NCBI GenBank assembly: GCA_051531975.1
Contig: JAOPTT010000010.1
Span: 160,001-224,000, forward strand
Direction of reading: 5' to 3'
Source of the DNA: Spirochaetaceae bacterium
Lineage (GTDB): Bacteria; Spirochaetota; Spirochaetia; DSM-2461
Length of the DNA: 64,000 nt
Shown: in pieces, positions 32,327 through 42,273 of the stretch
Layout of the letters: each line of letters begins with the position of its first letter
How positions within the stretch are numbered: position 1 is the stretch's first letter
The notes under the pieces: model-generated
Databases searched by the model: none
What the model was told of the DNA's origin: nothing
Seen by the model: the letters and a program-made list of their open reading frames with translations, nothing else
Program-made: the position numbers and the translations under genes

Positions 32327-32433
32327 TAAAAACCTCCTAGGTTTAAAAGGCGATTAGTAACTTTGTACAACCCGCCTAGGTTAAATAAATATATTAATAT
32401 TATGGGGGATAAATAGAACTATAACAAGAAGAA

Positions 32434-33258
32434 CTAAAAAGTTATTTGAGGAATTTCTAAATTAATACCATCATTTGGATCTATACCACTATTAACAGTA
32501 GCTTTTAAAGCACTCTCAATAAATTTTAAACTATGAGATAAGGACTCTTCTAAACTATAACCTTTCAATAAAGCACCAATAAAAATGGAGGTAAAAGCAT
32601 CTCCAGTTCCTGGGTAGTCTTGTGGAATATATTCACATTGATCAAAGAAAAAATCTCCAGTCTCTCTATTATATACTCCAGTATATCTACCTTCTGTGCC
32701 TTTTTGATGAATACTGGTTAAAACAACAATGTTAGGACCTAAATTTGATAGTTCTTTTAATACTATTTTTGCCTCATCCTTAGTCATGTAAGGGTTATAT
32801 TCCTGACCTAAAAGTACTGCAGCCTCGGTTGTATTAGGTGTAATTATCTGTGCATTTTTAACAAGGTCTACCATCTTTTTAATTACAGATGTATCAATAA
32901 TTGAATAGACTTTACCTTCGTCACCCATAACAGGGTCAACAACAACTAAAGATTTTTTTGAGTCCTTTATTAGATCTAAAACAATATCTATCTGATCACC
33001 AGACCCTAAAAAGCCTGAATATATTACATCGTAGTCGATATTTAATTCTTTCCAATGATTAATGATAGGTGTCATCTGGTCTGTTAAATCAAGAAATGTT
33101 CCATTTTCATATGCTCCATGGGTAGATAAAAGTGCCGTAGGAAGTGGACAAACTTGTATACCCATTTTTGCAAATAGTGGCATTACAACTGTTAAAGATG
33201 ATCTTCCAAAACATGACATATCATGAATTGCGACAACTCGTTTACTTCTAGATTGCAT
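32434..33258 (-). CDS. pdxK: Pyridoxal/pyridoxamine kinase
   Basis: HDMSCFGRSSL, YSGFLGS, DPVMGD, TPNTTEA, GTGDAF. Confidence 0.9.
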   Translation of the reverse strand: MQSRSKRVVAIHDMSCFGRSSLTVVMPLFAKMGIQVCPLPTALLSTHGAYENGTFLDLTDQMTPIINHWKELNIDYDVIYSGFLGSGDQIDIVLDLIKDSKKSLVVVDPVMGDEGKVYSIIDTSVIKKMVDLVKNAQIITPNTTEAAVLLGQEYNPYMTKDEAKIVLKELSNLGPNIVVLTSIHQKGTEGRYTGVYNRETGDFFFDQCEYIPQDYPGTGDAFTSIFIGALLKGYSLEESLSHSLKFIESALKATVNSGIDPNDGINLEIPQITF

Positions 33259-33769
33259 GTTTTAGTTCTAAACCATTTTTTCTAAGGGCGGTCACTATAT
33301 CTTCTACCATTGAATCCTGATTCCCTTGAACTGAATTAACTACAATATCAGCATATTTGTTATATAATAGATTCCTTTCAACAAATAGATCTTGAAAACT
33401 ATGGTCAGGTCGTCTAGCAATTCCACGCTTTTCATAGTTTGATACACGTCTTTTAAGCTCAGAAAGATCTGTTTTAATAAAAACTACTAGACCATCAGAT
33501 TTAAGTACATCCATAGCTCTAGGACCATACACAGCACTACCACCAGTGGAAACCACACTATTATTAGGGTTTAAGTTATAAAGAACTTCTTCTTCGATCT
33601 CTCTTAACCTTAAATATCCATCCCTATTAATAGTTTCTTGTAGGGACTCTCCAGTTTCTAACTGAATGTTAACATCTGTATCTATAAAATTAAATGTTAT
33701 TCTTTTAGCAAGCAGAATACCTATTGTACTTTTACCAGCGCCAGGCATTCCTACTAATATAACATTCAT
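33248..33769 (-). CDS. aroK: Shikimate kinase
   Basis: GMPGAGKST, DTD, STGGSAV, R..LY..YAD. Confidence 0.9.
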   Translation of the reverse strand: MNVILVGMPGAGKSTIGILLAKRITFNFIDTDVNIQLETGESLQETINRDGYLRLREIEEEVLYNLNPNNSVVSTGGSAVYGPRAMDVLKSDGLVVFIKTDLSELKRRVSNYEKRGIARRPDHSFQDLFVERNLLYNKYADIVVNSVQGNQDSMVEDIVTALRKNGLELKHAI

Positions 33770-34830
33770 TACTGCTGTCTCACAATAAATGACTGAAGTT
33801 CAATATCAGCTACAGTTATAACAAGTCTTGTTCCAACCTCTTCGAGGTAAGGTATTGTAAGGGCTCCACCAAAAGTTTTAGATGAGAATATAAATTCTCT
33901 AGAACCATCAGTTTTTACTCTTTCTAGTTCCATTGGCATACTTATAGGATAAGTAGGAACAACAATCTCAATTAATCCAAAAGTATAGTTCGATGGATAT
34001 TCTTCTGGTGTGGTCATGACCATTTCTAAAATAGTTGTCCATGATACAGGGTTACCTCTCTCTGGGGTTTGAGAAACAATATATCCCGCTTTTTCATCAT
34101 CTTTTTTATTACGAACAGTAAATCTGTACCGTATTGGCCATTGTGTTATTTTTTTAAGAGCAACCTGGAATTCTAAACCTTTCATAGTTGGAACAACATA
34201 GGTCGATTCTTGTTTACCTTTACTAATATGAAATATAATCTCAGTTACTTCTGTTATCTCAGTTCCAGGTGCTGGATTTTGGGATAAAATAGTCCCTTCA
34301 GGTTCATCGCTGACTAAACCAATAGATGGCCCTATTACTAAAACAGGTTCTGAACTTGTTCCAGAAAATAGTTTTTGTAACTCAGCTTGTACGGCTTTTA
34401 ATGTTTGTCCTTCGTAGGAACCAACAGAGTCTATAACTCCACCTAAACTTGCCGTAATCCCTATTAAACGTCCAGCTTTAACAACTGTGCCAGCAGATAT
34501 ATCTTGGCTTATTATTAACCCTTTCTCGTTAGGAGCAGTATTTTTAACACTTAACTTAGGGTATAAAGCACGCTCTTGAAGCATTATTATTGCTTGTGGC
34601 AGTTTTAGACCTTCTAGGTTAGGAACCTTAGTATCCTCCTGACCCTCAATGTTAATGAAAAATATAATTGCAAAAAGTATAACCAAGAAAACTGCAGTAG
34701 AAATAATTCCCCAAGCAGCCTTAAAATAGAATTCTTTCTCTATTTTATCTCTGATAATTAACTCTTTTGGTGTTAATTCTTCCTTTATTACATCTTCTTT
34801 ACTAAAAAATCTTTTTATTATTTTCTTCAT
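33769..34830 (-). CDS. Membrane-anchored PASTA-domain protein
   Basis: One TM plus three PASTA repeats (VPNLEGL, GTILSQNPAPG, GYIVSQTPERG); next to fmt/def. Confidence 0.88.
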   Translation of the reverse strand: MKKIIKRFFSKEDVIKEELTPKELIIRDKIEKEFYFKAAWGIISTAVFLVILFAIIFFINIEGQEDTKVPNLEGLKLPQAIIMLQERALYPKLSVKNTAPNEKGLIISQDISAGTVVKAGRLIGITASLGGVIDSVGSYEGQTLKAVQAELQKLFSGTSSEPVLVIGPSIGLVSDEPEGTILSQNPAPGTEITEVTEIIFHISKGKQESTYVVPTMKGLEFQVALKKITQWPIRYRFTVRNKKDDEKAGYIVSQTPERGNPVSWTTILEMVMTTPEEYPSNYTFGLIEIVVPTYPISMPMELERVKTDGSREFIFSSKTFGGALTIPYLEEVGTRLVITVADIELQSFIVRQQ

Positions 34831-34833
34831 TAC

Positions 34834-35760
34834 CTATCCTAAAAGTGTACCAACAAAATTTTGAACACCATTGTTAAACGATTTATAATCTAATGCTTTT
34901 TTTGACTGTAACTGAAGAGTTGTAACATATATTGCTCCATCAGCAGTTTTTACTAAAAAACCATCCTGTTTTGAATAACTGATAACCATACCTGGTTGGA
35001 CATCAGCACTTAATTCTGAATTTGTAGCAGTTAAAATATTTAAAGTTTTATCTAAGAACATGGTTTGAGCATATGGCCATGGATTATATCCTCTAATTGC
35101 ATTTAATATATGGGATGATTTTAAGTTCCAATTAATAACTCCATCCTCTTTTTTAATAAGTTTGCAAAATGTTGCTTTATCACTATCCTGCTCATACTCT
35201 TGTACAGAATTATTATCAATATCTGTTACAACTTTATTTATTAGTGGTGCTGCCATTATAGCAACTCTATCTATGAGTTCACCAGTTGTTTCATAGGCAC
35301 CTATACTGAATTTTTCCTGTAAAAGAATATTACCAGCATCCATTTTTTGTGCCATTCGCTGTATTGAAATACCAGATTCAGAATCACCATTTAAAATTGC
35401 TGCATTTAAAGGGGATGATCCTCTATAAATAGGTAACAGTGATGGGTGAATATTTAGTGCACCTAAACTAAATATATCAAGAAATTCTTTCTTAAATATT
35501 TTACCAAATGCTATACATACTAACAGATCAGGTTTTAGAGCTCTTACTTCAGTATAAAAATCTGTAGTTAATTTTTCAGGCTGTAAAACTTCAAGATTTA
35601 ATTCTAAAGCTTTTTCTTTAACAGGACAGGGGATTAATACTTTTTTTCGACCCTTAGGACGATCAGGGTTTGTTAAAACACCACAGATATCAAAGTTTTT
35701 AGATAATATATCTAATGATGGAACACCAATCTCAGGAGTTCCTGCAAATAATATTCGCAT
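34834..35760 (-). CDS. fmt: Methionyl-tRNA formyltransferase
   Basis: FAGTP, NIHPSLLP.YRG, MDAG, PWP. Confidence 0.96.
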   Translation of the reverse strand: MRILFAGTPEIGVPSLDILSKNFDICGVLTNPDRPKGRKKVLIPCPVKEKALELNLEVLQPEKLTTDFYTEVRALKPDLLVCIAFGKIFKKEFLDIFSLGALNIHPSLLPIYRGSSPLNAAILNGDSESGISIQRMAQKMDAGNILLQEKFSIGAYETTGELIDRVAIMAAPLINKVVTDIDNNSVQEYEQDSDKATFCKLIKKEDGVINWNLKSSHILNAIRGYNPWPYAQTMFLDKTLNILTATNSELSADVQPGMVISYSKQDGFLVKTADGAIYVTTLQLQSKKALDYKSFNNGVQNFVGTLLG

Positions 35761-36257
35761 TATAGCCCCATCACCTTGTTATATTTCTTAAGAATTTTTT
35801 CTCTGTTTTTTTCAGTTAAATGGTCAATAAATAGAACACCATTTAAGTGATCTATCTCATGTTGAATTACAGTAGCTAACATACCATCGGCATCAATTGT
35901 AAAAGGTCGACCTCTCTCATTCCAGGCTTGAACCTTAATTTTTTCTGGTCTAGTTACTTTTGCATACATACCTGGGATACTTAAACACCCCTCTTCGTAT
36001 GAGTTTACTTCGATAGATGTTTCTATAATTTCAGGATTAATTAGTGCAATAGGTTTAAAATCATCATAACCAACTACTACTAGTCTCTGGGAGAGACCTA
36101 TTTGAGGTGCTGCTAATCCAACACCATTTTCTTCAGCCATAAATGAGATCATATCTTTAATCAATTCTTTAAGTTCAGTGGTAAATTCTGTCACCGGTTT
36201 GGCGACTTCTCGTAATACGGCTTCTTCTTTTTCAAAGCCTACTTTGTACATATCCAT
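35760..36257 (-). CDS. def: Peptide deformylase
   Basis: GVGLAAPQ, EGCLS, QHEIDHL. Confidence 0.97.
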   Translation of the reverse strand: MDMYKVGFEKEEAVLREVAKPVTEFTTELKELIKDMISFMAEENGVGLAAPQIGLSQRLVVVGYDDFKPIALINPEIIETSIEVNSYEEGCLSIPGMYAKVTRPEKIKVQAWNERGRPFTIDADGMLATVIQHEIDHLNGVLFIDHLTEKNREKILKKYNKVMGL

Positions 36258-36269
36258 GTAGGAATAATA

Positions 36270-37313
36270 CTAAAGATAACCCTTATTGTTCAAGGTTTCA
36301 CGTATTATAATTTTTAAACTATCTTTCTGTTTTTTATCCATAAAAGTAGCTTCTAAATTATTTAAAATAAGCAAACCAATCTCTTTTTTAGAAAATAGTC
36401 CACTTTCAACTAAAAGACCATACTCTTCTAATAAAGTTGAACCAAAAAGTGTTGGATCATCAGAGTTAACAGTAATAAAAAGTCCTTTATCATAAAACAT
36501 TCTTATTGGATGTTTTTTAATATCAGTAACATATGCTCCAGTAAACAGATTGCTTGTTGGGCATATTTCTAAAGGAATTTGTAACTCTTTTAAATGTTCC
36601 ATGCAAGCAGGATTTTCCATAGCTGAAATTCCATGACCAATACGCTCTGCTTTTAAAAGATCAACAGCAGCATTTATAGAAGTATAGTCGTCATCTTCTC
36701 CAGCATGGGCAACAACTCTAAGACCAGCCTCTTTTGCTTTTTTAAACACAGGTTCAAATTCAGCAGCTTTTCCTTTTTTTTCTGCACCACCAAGACCAAT
36801 TCCTATAACTCTGTCTGTTTTGAATTTAAGAGTCTGTTCAAGATTATACATTGCATTATCTAGGCCAAAACCTCTAGATACATCTATTATATATTTAATT
36901 TCAATACCATTAGTTTCAGCTATTTCATTGGCTTCTGAGTCTAATATTTTAATAATTTCATCAAACTTAAAGCCATTTTTTATAAAAGATGTAGGTGCTA
37001 AAAACACCTCTGCATATACAATGTTATTTTCAATTAAATAGTCTCTTAAATCTCTCATTAGAAGGTAAAAGTCTTCGGGTTCTTTAAAAGATGCCTGTAT
37101 AATATGTATAAAAAGTGTAATAAAGTCTGTTAAACTTGTAACCTTAAACTTTGCTTCTAGATCTTTTATGGTAGAAACGCCATCTATTTTAATTTTATGT
37201 TTATTAATTAAAGACCACACAGTATCAACTGAAGTTACAGCTTCTATATGAAGGTGTATCTCAGTTTTGGGGATCTCTTTTAAATCAGCTACTATACTTT
37301 TTTTAATACTCAT
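36270..37313 (-). CDS. add: Adenosine/adenine deaminase family protein
   Basis: PKTEIHLH, HAGE, RIGHG, EICPTSN, NSDDP. Confidence 0.9.
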   Translation of the reverse strand: MSIKKSIVADLKEIPKTEIHLHIEAVTSVDTVWSLINKHKIKIDGVSTIKDLEAKFKVTSLTDFITLFIHIIQASFKEPEDFYLLMRDLRDYLIENNIVYAEVFLAPTSFIKNGFKFDEIIKILDSEANEIAETNGIEIKYIIDVSRGFGLDNAMYNLEQTLKFKTDRVIGIGLGGAEKKGKAAEFEPVFKKAKEAGLRVVAHAGEDDDYTSINAAVDLLKAERIGHGISAMENPACMEHLKELQIPLEICPTSNLFTGAYVTDIKKHPIRMFYDKGLFITVNSDDPTLFGSTLLEEYGLLVESGLFSKKEIGLLILNNLEATFMDKKQKDSLKIIIRETLNNKGYL

Positions 37314-37325
37314 TTTTTATCCTTA

Positions 37326-37928
37326 TTAGGCGTTTACAAAGTTTCTCAACAGTTGTAATCCAATTTCTCCAGACTTCTCTGGGTGAAATTGAAATGCCGT
37401 AATATTTCCATGCTGGACACAGGAACAGAAATCTATTCCGTAACTGGTTACTCCAATAACATCTTCCCTATTTTTTGGTTCAACATAATATGAATGAACA
37501 AAATAAAAAGATGCATCTTTAGGGATATTTTTAAATATACCCTTACCATTATGTTCAACAGTATTCCAACCAATATGTGGAATCTTTAGTCCCATATCCT
37601 TTGGAAAGTGTATTGCTTTTCCAGGAACTAGTCCTAGACACTTAGTATCCCGCTCCTGGGAGTGGTCTAATATTATTTGTGAGCCTAAACAGATACCTAA
37701 TATAGGTTTACCTGTTTTTTGGAACTCTAATAAAGTATGTTCTAAGTTTCTCTGGTGTAACTGTTCCATAGCCCAATAAGCTTCCCCTACACCAGGGAAT
37801 ATTAATTTGTCGCAGTTCATGAGTATATCATGATTTGCACTAACGATGTAATCTGCACCAATAAAAGTTATTGCAGATACAACACTAGTTAAATTACCTG
37901 CGTTATAATCAACGATCCCTACCTTCAT
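37326..37928 (-). CDS. hisH: Imidazole glycerol phosphate synthase glutamine amidotransferase subunit
   Basis: DYNAGN, PGVG, GICLG, PHIGWN, YFVHSY, QFHPEKS. Confidence 0.95.
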   Translation of the reverse strand: MKVGIVDYNAGNLTSVVSAITFIGADYIVSANHDILMNCDKLIFPGVGEAYWAMEQLHQRNLEHTLLEFQKTGKPILGICLGSQIILDHSQERDTKCLGLVPGKAIHFPKDMGLKIPHIGWNTVEHNGKGIFKNIPKDASFYFVHSYYVEPKNREDVIGVTSYGIDFCSCVQHGNITAFQFHPEKSGEIGLQLLRNFVNA

Positions 37929-38809
37929 TAATCGACATCCTTATCTATAAATATAACACTGTTTATCAATTCAACAATCTTTTTATCTGTTAAATGAATA
38001 TTTTTGATTATAACTGAGCTCCCAGAGGCGATAACTTCAAGTTCAGATCCTAATTTAGAAACTTCTTCATCATTAGAAAAAGTCAGTGCTAACTTAAGAA
38101 AAAGTTTTACCAACCTAGAAAAAGCATTTGCCTTCTTTTCTGTATCAACACCTATTGTAGTTTCAACTTCGTAAATAAAGCTATCATTTTTTAATGAAAC
38201 TGAAATTCCATTAACACCACCTCGTAAAAACCCATTACTCATACTTTTAAGTTTTTCATCAGTTACCTTAAGAAGTTTAAAAGTTAATGAATCGTTGGGA
38301 CTCTCTAAATAGCTATTTTTTACTATTGTAATTAATGGTGAAATATTAAAACTAGACATAATTAGAGTTGTATTATCAACAAAAAATAGCTCTATACCAT
38401 CTTCGCCTACCCAAAAGACATTTCCGTCACGTTTACCTTTTTTCCATTTTGATGATAGAAAAAGACCTAAATCAGATTTCCACTTGGAAAACTCACCTTT
38501 AACTATCACTTCAAATCCTAAAGTAAAGTCTTCTGAAAATGCTAAAAAGATCTCACTACTGTCAGTAATTGTTTCTCTAGCCATACCTTCTACAGCTAAT
38601 GAGTCTAATAGACTGTTTAATATAAACTCATTCTCTCTAGTATTTACATAAACTACAGTATCCCTATCTTCAGAAAAAATAGTATCTAAAGTAGAAGAAT
38701 CTGTCTCTTTACTAAAAGGAACAGGTTCTATAGTGGTACAACCAAATAAAAATAGCAGGCCTAAACCTGCTACTATAAACTTTATGCTTTTTCTAAGAAG
38801 ATTGTACAT
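37928..38809 (-). CDS. Hypothetical lipoprotein
   Basis: Lipobox LFGC after a hydrophobic stretch; lies in the ileS gene run. Confidence 0.7.
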   Translation of the reverse strand: MYNLLRKSIKFIVAGLGLLFLFGCTTIEPVPFSKETDSSTLDTIFSEDRDTVVYVNTRENEFILNSLLDSLAVEGMARETITDSSEIFLAFSEDFTLGFEVIVKGEFSKWKSDLGLFLSSKWKKGKRDGNVFWVGEDGIELFFVDNTTLIMSSFNISPLITIVKNSYLESPNDSLTFKLLKVTDEKLKSMSNGFLRGGVNGISVSLKNDSFIYEVETTIGVDTEKKANAFSRLVKLFLKLALTFSNDEEVSKLGSELEVIASGSSVIIKNIHLTDKKIVELINSVIFIDKDVD

Positions 38810-41800
38810 GTTTCTTCTCCACAGTTCACTTCGTTATTAAATGTTTTTGCTTCAAAATCTAATTCTAAAGCTAATGTTTCATTTAATAGGTAATCCTTAA
38901 AGTTTGTAGCTGCTATAGTAACAGCCTCTGATCCTTTAATTCCAAGTTTTATTCTATCAGTAACCTCTAAGTCACTATCTTTTCTTAAGTTATTAACACC
39001 TCTAACAATATCTCTGACAATACCTTCCTGGATTAAATCCTCAGTTAATACTGCATCCAGGGCAATTGTTATAGAACCTTCGTTTAGAACTTTTAGTCCC
39101 TCTTTCTCAGATCTAGAAACAACAATATGATCTTCTGTTATCTCAACTTCCTGTTCAGTCTTATCAACACCTTCGTAAGAAACATTTAATGTTTTACCAG
39201 CAAGAAGTGCTTGTATCTCTGTTCCTTCTAACCCAGCTATTTTAGCAGCAGCATTTTTCATGTTTTTACCAAGAAGTTTACCTAGTACTTTAAAGTTAGC
39301 TTTACAGCTGTACTCAACTAGTTCCTCTTCGTTGTCTCTTAAAAGAACCTCTTTAACATTAAGTTCCTCTTTAATAATATCTGACATTTCCAACAAAACA
39401 CTTTTTTCATCGGCATTTTTAGTTACCATGAACATAGACTTTAAAGGTTGTCTATTTTTAAGAGTATGAAGACTTCTAAGTGCACGACCCATAGAAACTG
39501 CTTGTCTAGTTAAAGACATTTTAAGTTCTAGTCTGTCGTCTCTATTTTCAGCTTTAGCAACTGGGAAGTCACATAAGTGAATAGACATTGGCATATCATC
39601 GGTTTTTAAGTTCTGGTAAATCTCTTCAGAAATATAAGGGATAAACGGACATGCAACTTTTACTAAGTTCATAAGTGCGTACCAAATTGATTGGTATGCT
39701 TGTTGTTTATCCGTATCACTCTCTGATTTCCAGAATCTCTTTCTTGATCTTCTAATATACCAGTTATTTAATGAGTCGATAAATTTTACAAACTCATCAA
39801 TAGATTTTTGTACATCGTATGCATCTAACTTGTCTGTTACATTAGCAATTAATGTTTCAGTCTCTGAGATAATCCACTGATCTAATGGGTTATCTGGGTT
39901 TGTTGGAGCTTCAGATATTTTAACATCATCGATATTTGCATATGTAATAAAGAAACTATAAGAGTTCCAAAGTGGTAAAATTATAGACTTTAGAACATCT
40001 TTAACACCGTCGTCTGAATATTTAAGGCCTTCACCTTTAACAACAGAGCTGTGCATTAAAAATAGTCTAAGTGCATCGGCTCCAAAGTGATTAATAACTT
40101 CCATAGGGTCTGAGTAGTTATTCAGACTCTTTGACATTTTTTTACCGTCGGCTGCTAATACTAAACCATTTACAACAACGTTTTTAAATGCAGGTTTATC
40201 AAATAGTGCTGCAGCTAATACAGTTAAAGTATAAAACCACCCTCTAGTCTGGTCTAAACCTTCTGAGATAAAATCTGCAGGGTAGTTCTTCTCAAACTCC
40301 TCTTTATTTTCAAACGGGTAGTGACTTTGGGCGTATGGCATAGCACCAGACTCAAACCAGCAGTCTAAAACTTCCTCGACTCTATGTTTTGTTCCACCAC
40401 ATTTACATGGGATAGTAACTTCATCTACAAAGTGTTTATGTAAATCGTCAACTCTAACTCCAGAGAGTTCTTCTAACTCATCTCTAGACCCGATACATAT
40501 CTCATCAGTACAATCTTTACACTGCCATATTGGTATTGGGTTACCCCAGTATCTATTTCTTGATACAGACCACTCTCTAGCACCTTCTAACCACTTTCCA
40601 AATCGACCTTTTTTTAGATGAGATGGAGTCCAGTTGATTTGGCTATTTGCATCTAACATTTTAGATTTAACCTGGTCTACATCTATAAACCATGAACTAA
40701 TAGCTCTGTAAATTAATGGGCTTTTACATCTCCAACAGTGTGGGTAACTATGTAAATACTGTTCTCTTTTTACAAGTTTTCCCTCTTCTTTTAATCTGTT
40801 AGTTATATCTTTATCACAATCTTTTACAAATCGGCCTTCATAATCAGATATCTCTTTAGTAAATTTACATTCACCGTCAATTGGGCAAACTGTTTTAATA
40901 TCTGTATGTTTTAATACTAAATAATCGTCTTCACCAAAACCTGGGGCAATGTGAACAATACCAGTACCACTATCTGTTGTTACATAATCAGCTTGGAAAA
41001 TTCTAAAAGCACCTTGCTCTACAGAATCTTCAAAATAAGGAAGTAATGGTTCGTACTCTGTACCAACTAGTTCAGATCCTTTTTTCTCCCACTCTATTTT
41101 AACAGGATTCTCTTCAGTTCCTTTAAAGTATGATGACACTCTCTCTTTAGCCATTATGTAAAAGTCTTCGTCATCCTTGACTTTTACATAATCGATATCT
41201 GATCCTACAGCTAACGCTAGGTTACTTGGTAGTGTCCATGGAGTTGTTGTCCATGCTATAAAATATGTGTTTTCTTCTTCTTTTAATTTAAACTTTACAG
41301 TTATTGCGTTGTCATGAACATCTTCGTATCCACCAAGGTTTAACTCATGTGTAGATAAAACAGTAGAACATCTTGGGCAATAAGGCATAATTCTATGACC
41401 TTCGTATACTAAGCCTTTATCCCATAACTGCTTAAAAACCCACCATATTGATTCCATATAGTCAACGTCCATAGTTTTATAATCATTATCAAAATCTACC
41501 CATCGACCTAGTCGACTTATTACTGTTTCCCACTCTTTTGTAAATCTTAAAACTATTGATCTACATTTTTCGTTAAATTCAGGGATTCCATATTTTTCAA
41601 TTTCAGCTTTACCAGATATTCCAAGTTCTTTTTCCATTTCAAACTCTACTGGTAGACCATGACAGTCCCAACCAAAACGTCTTTCTACTTTTTTTCCTTT
41701 CATTGTTTGGTATCGAGGAAATATATCTTTTATTGTTCCCGGAACAAAATGTCCAAAGTGTGGAAGTCCAGTTGCAAATGGAGGGCCATCAAACATAATA

Positions 41801-41922
41801 TACTCTTGGCAGCCTTCTCTCTGTTCAATAGATTTTTTAAAAATATCATTCTGGTTCCAGAATTTTAATATTTCTTCTTCCATCTTAGGAAAACTTACCC
41901 TTGGGTCTACTTGTTTATACAA
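38782..41922 (-). CDS. ileS: Isoleucine--tRNA ligase, type 2
   Basis: DGPPFATGLPHFGH, GWDCHGLP, WTTTPWTLPSN, EGLDQTRGWF, KMSKS; long IleRS2-type C-terminus; TTG start with SD AAGGAG. Confidence 0.97.
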   Translation of the reverse strand: MYKQVDPRVSFPKMEEEILKFWNQNDIFKKSIEQREGCQEYIMFDGPPFATGLPHFGHFVPGTIKDIFPRYQTMKGKKVERRFGWDCHGLPVEFEMEKELGISGKAEIEKYGIPEFNEKCRSIVLRFTKEWETVISRLGRWVDFDNDYKTMDVDYMESIWWVFKQLWDKGLVYEGHRIMPYCPRCSTVLSTHELNLGGYEDVHDNAITVKFKLKEEENTYFIAWTTTPWTLPSNLALAVGSDIDYVKVKDDEDFYIMAKERVSSYFKGTEENPVKIEWEKKGSELVGTEYEPLLPYFEDSVEQGAFRIFQADYVTTDSGTGIVHIAPGFGEDDYLVLKHTDIKTVCPIDGECKFTKEISDYEGRFVKDCDKDITNRLKEEGKLVKREQYLHSYPHCWRCKSPLIYRAISSWFIDVDQVKSKMLDANSQINWTPSHLKKGRFGKWLEGAREWSVSRNRYWGNPIPIWQCKDCTDEICIGSRDELEELSGVRVDDLHKHFVDEVTIPCKCGGTKHRVEEVLDCWFESGAMPYAQSHYPFENKEEFEKNYPADFISEGLDQTRGWFYTLTVLAAALFDKPAFKNVVVNGLVLAADGKKMSKSLNNYSDPMEVINHFGADALRLFLMHSSVVKGEGLKYSDDGVKDVLKSIILPLWNSYSFFITYANIDDVKISEAPTNPDNPLDQWIISETETLIANVTDKLDAYDVQKSIDEFVKFIDSLNNWYIRRSRKRFWKSESDTDKQQAYQSIWYALMNLVKVACPFIPYISEEIYQNLKTDDMPMSIHLCDFPVAKAENRDDRLELKMSLTRQAVSMGRALRSLHTLKNRQPLKSMFMVTKNADEKSVLLEMSDIIKEELNVKEVLLRDNEEELVEYSCKANFKVLGKLLGKNMKNAAAKIAGLEGTEIQALLAGKTLNVSYEGVDKTEQEVEITEDHIVVSRSEKEGLKVLNEGSITIALDAVLTEDLIQEGIVRDIVRGVNNLRKDSDLEVTDRIKLGIKGSEAVTIAATNFKDYLLNETLALELDFEAKTFNNEVNCGEETCTIFLEKA

Positions 41923-41991
41923 AACAACACTCCTTGTTTTTTGTCAAAAATTTTGCTCAATTTTATTCTTTTTTATAAAGAGAATCAATAG

Positions 41992-42210
41992 AGAACTTTT
42001 AATTACAAAAGTTCTTAGAGTACTTTTATTTAAAAAGTGCTTAGAGAACTTTTTTAACTATTTGGAATAGGCTGTCTAGAATAAGCTATAAAAGTTCTTA
42101 GAACATTTTATTTACATAATTGAACAGACTGTCTGGATTATACTATAAAGTTCTGGAGTATTTTTTTAACTAAATTGAATAGATTGTTTTTTATTACACT
42201 TAAAATGGAT
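41992..42210. repeat. Palindrome plus degenerate ~55-bp tandem repeat array in the ileS/TIGR03546 divergent intergenic region
   Basis: AGAACTTTT-aattac-AAAAGTTCT (41992-42015) and AGTACTTTT-attta-AAAAGTGCT (42019-42041), then related units starting at 42045, 42100 and 42156. Confidence 0.8.
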
Positions 42211-42273
42211 TGATTATATTAATAACGTTAAAACATATTGAATAAGAACAAAGAGTCTCCTATATTTTATAAC

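Noticed and set aside
30904..32384. AACCTAGG-like motifs on both sides of the rsgA module as terminal inverted repeats of a mobile unit
   Set aside because: Only 8-9 bp, CCTAGG is frequent throughout this window, and there is no transposase or target-site duplication.
41923..42237. T-box riboswitch or CRISPR array upstream of ileS
   Set aside because: No UGGNACC T-box bulge or GC-rich terminator on the minus strand; repeats are degenerate and contiguous without unique spacers; no cas genes.
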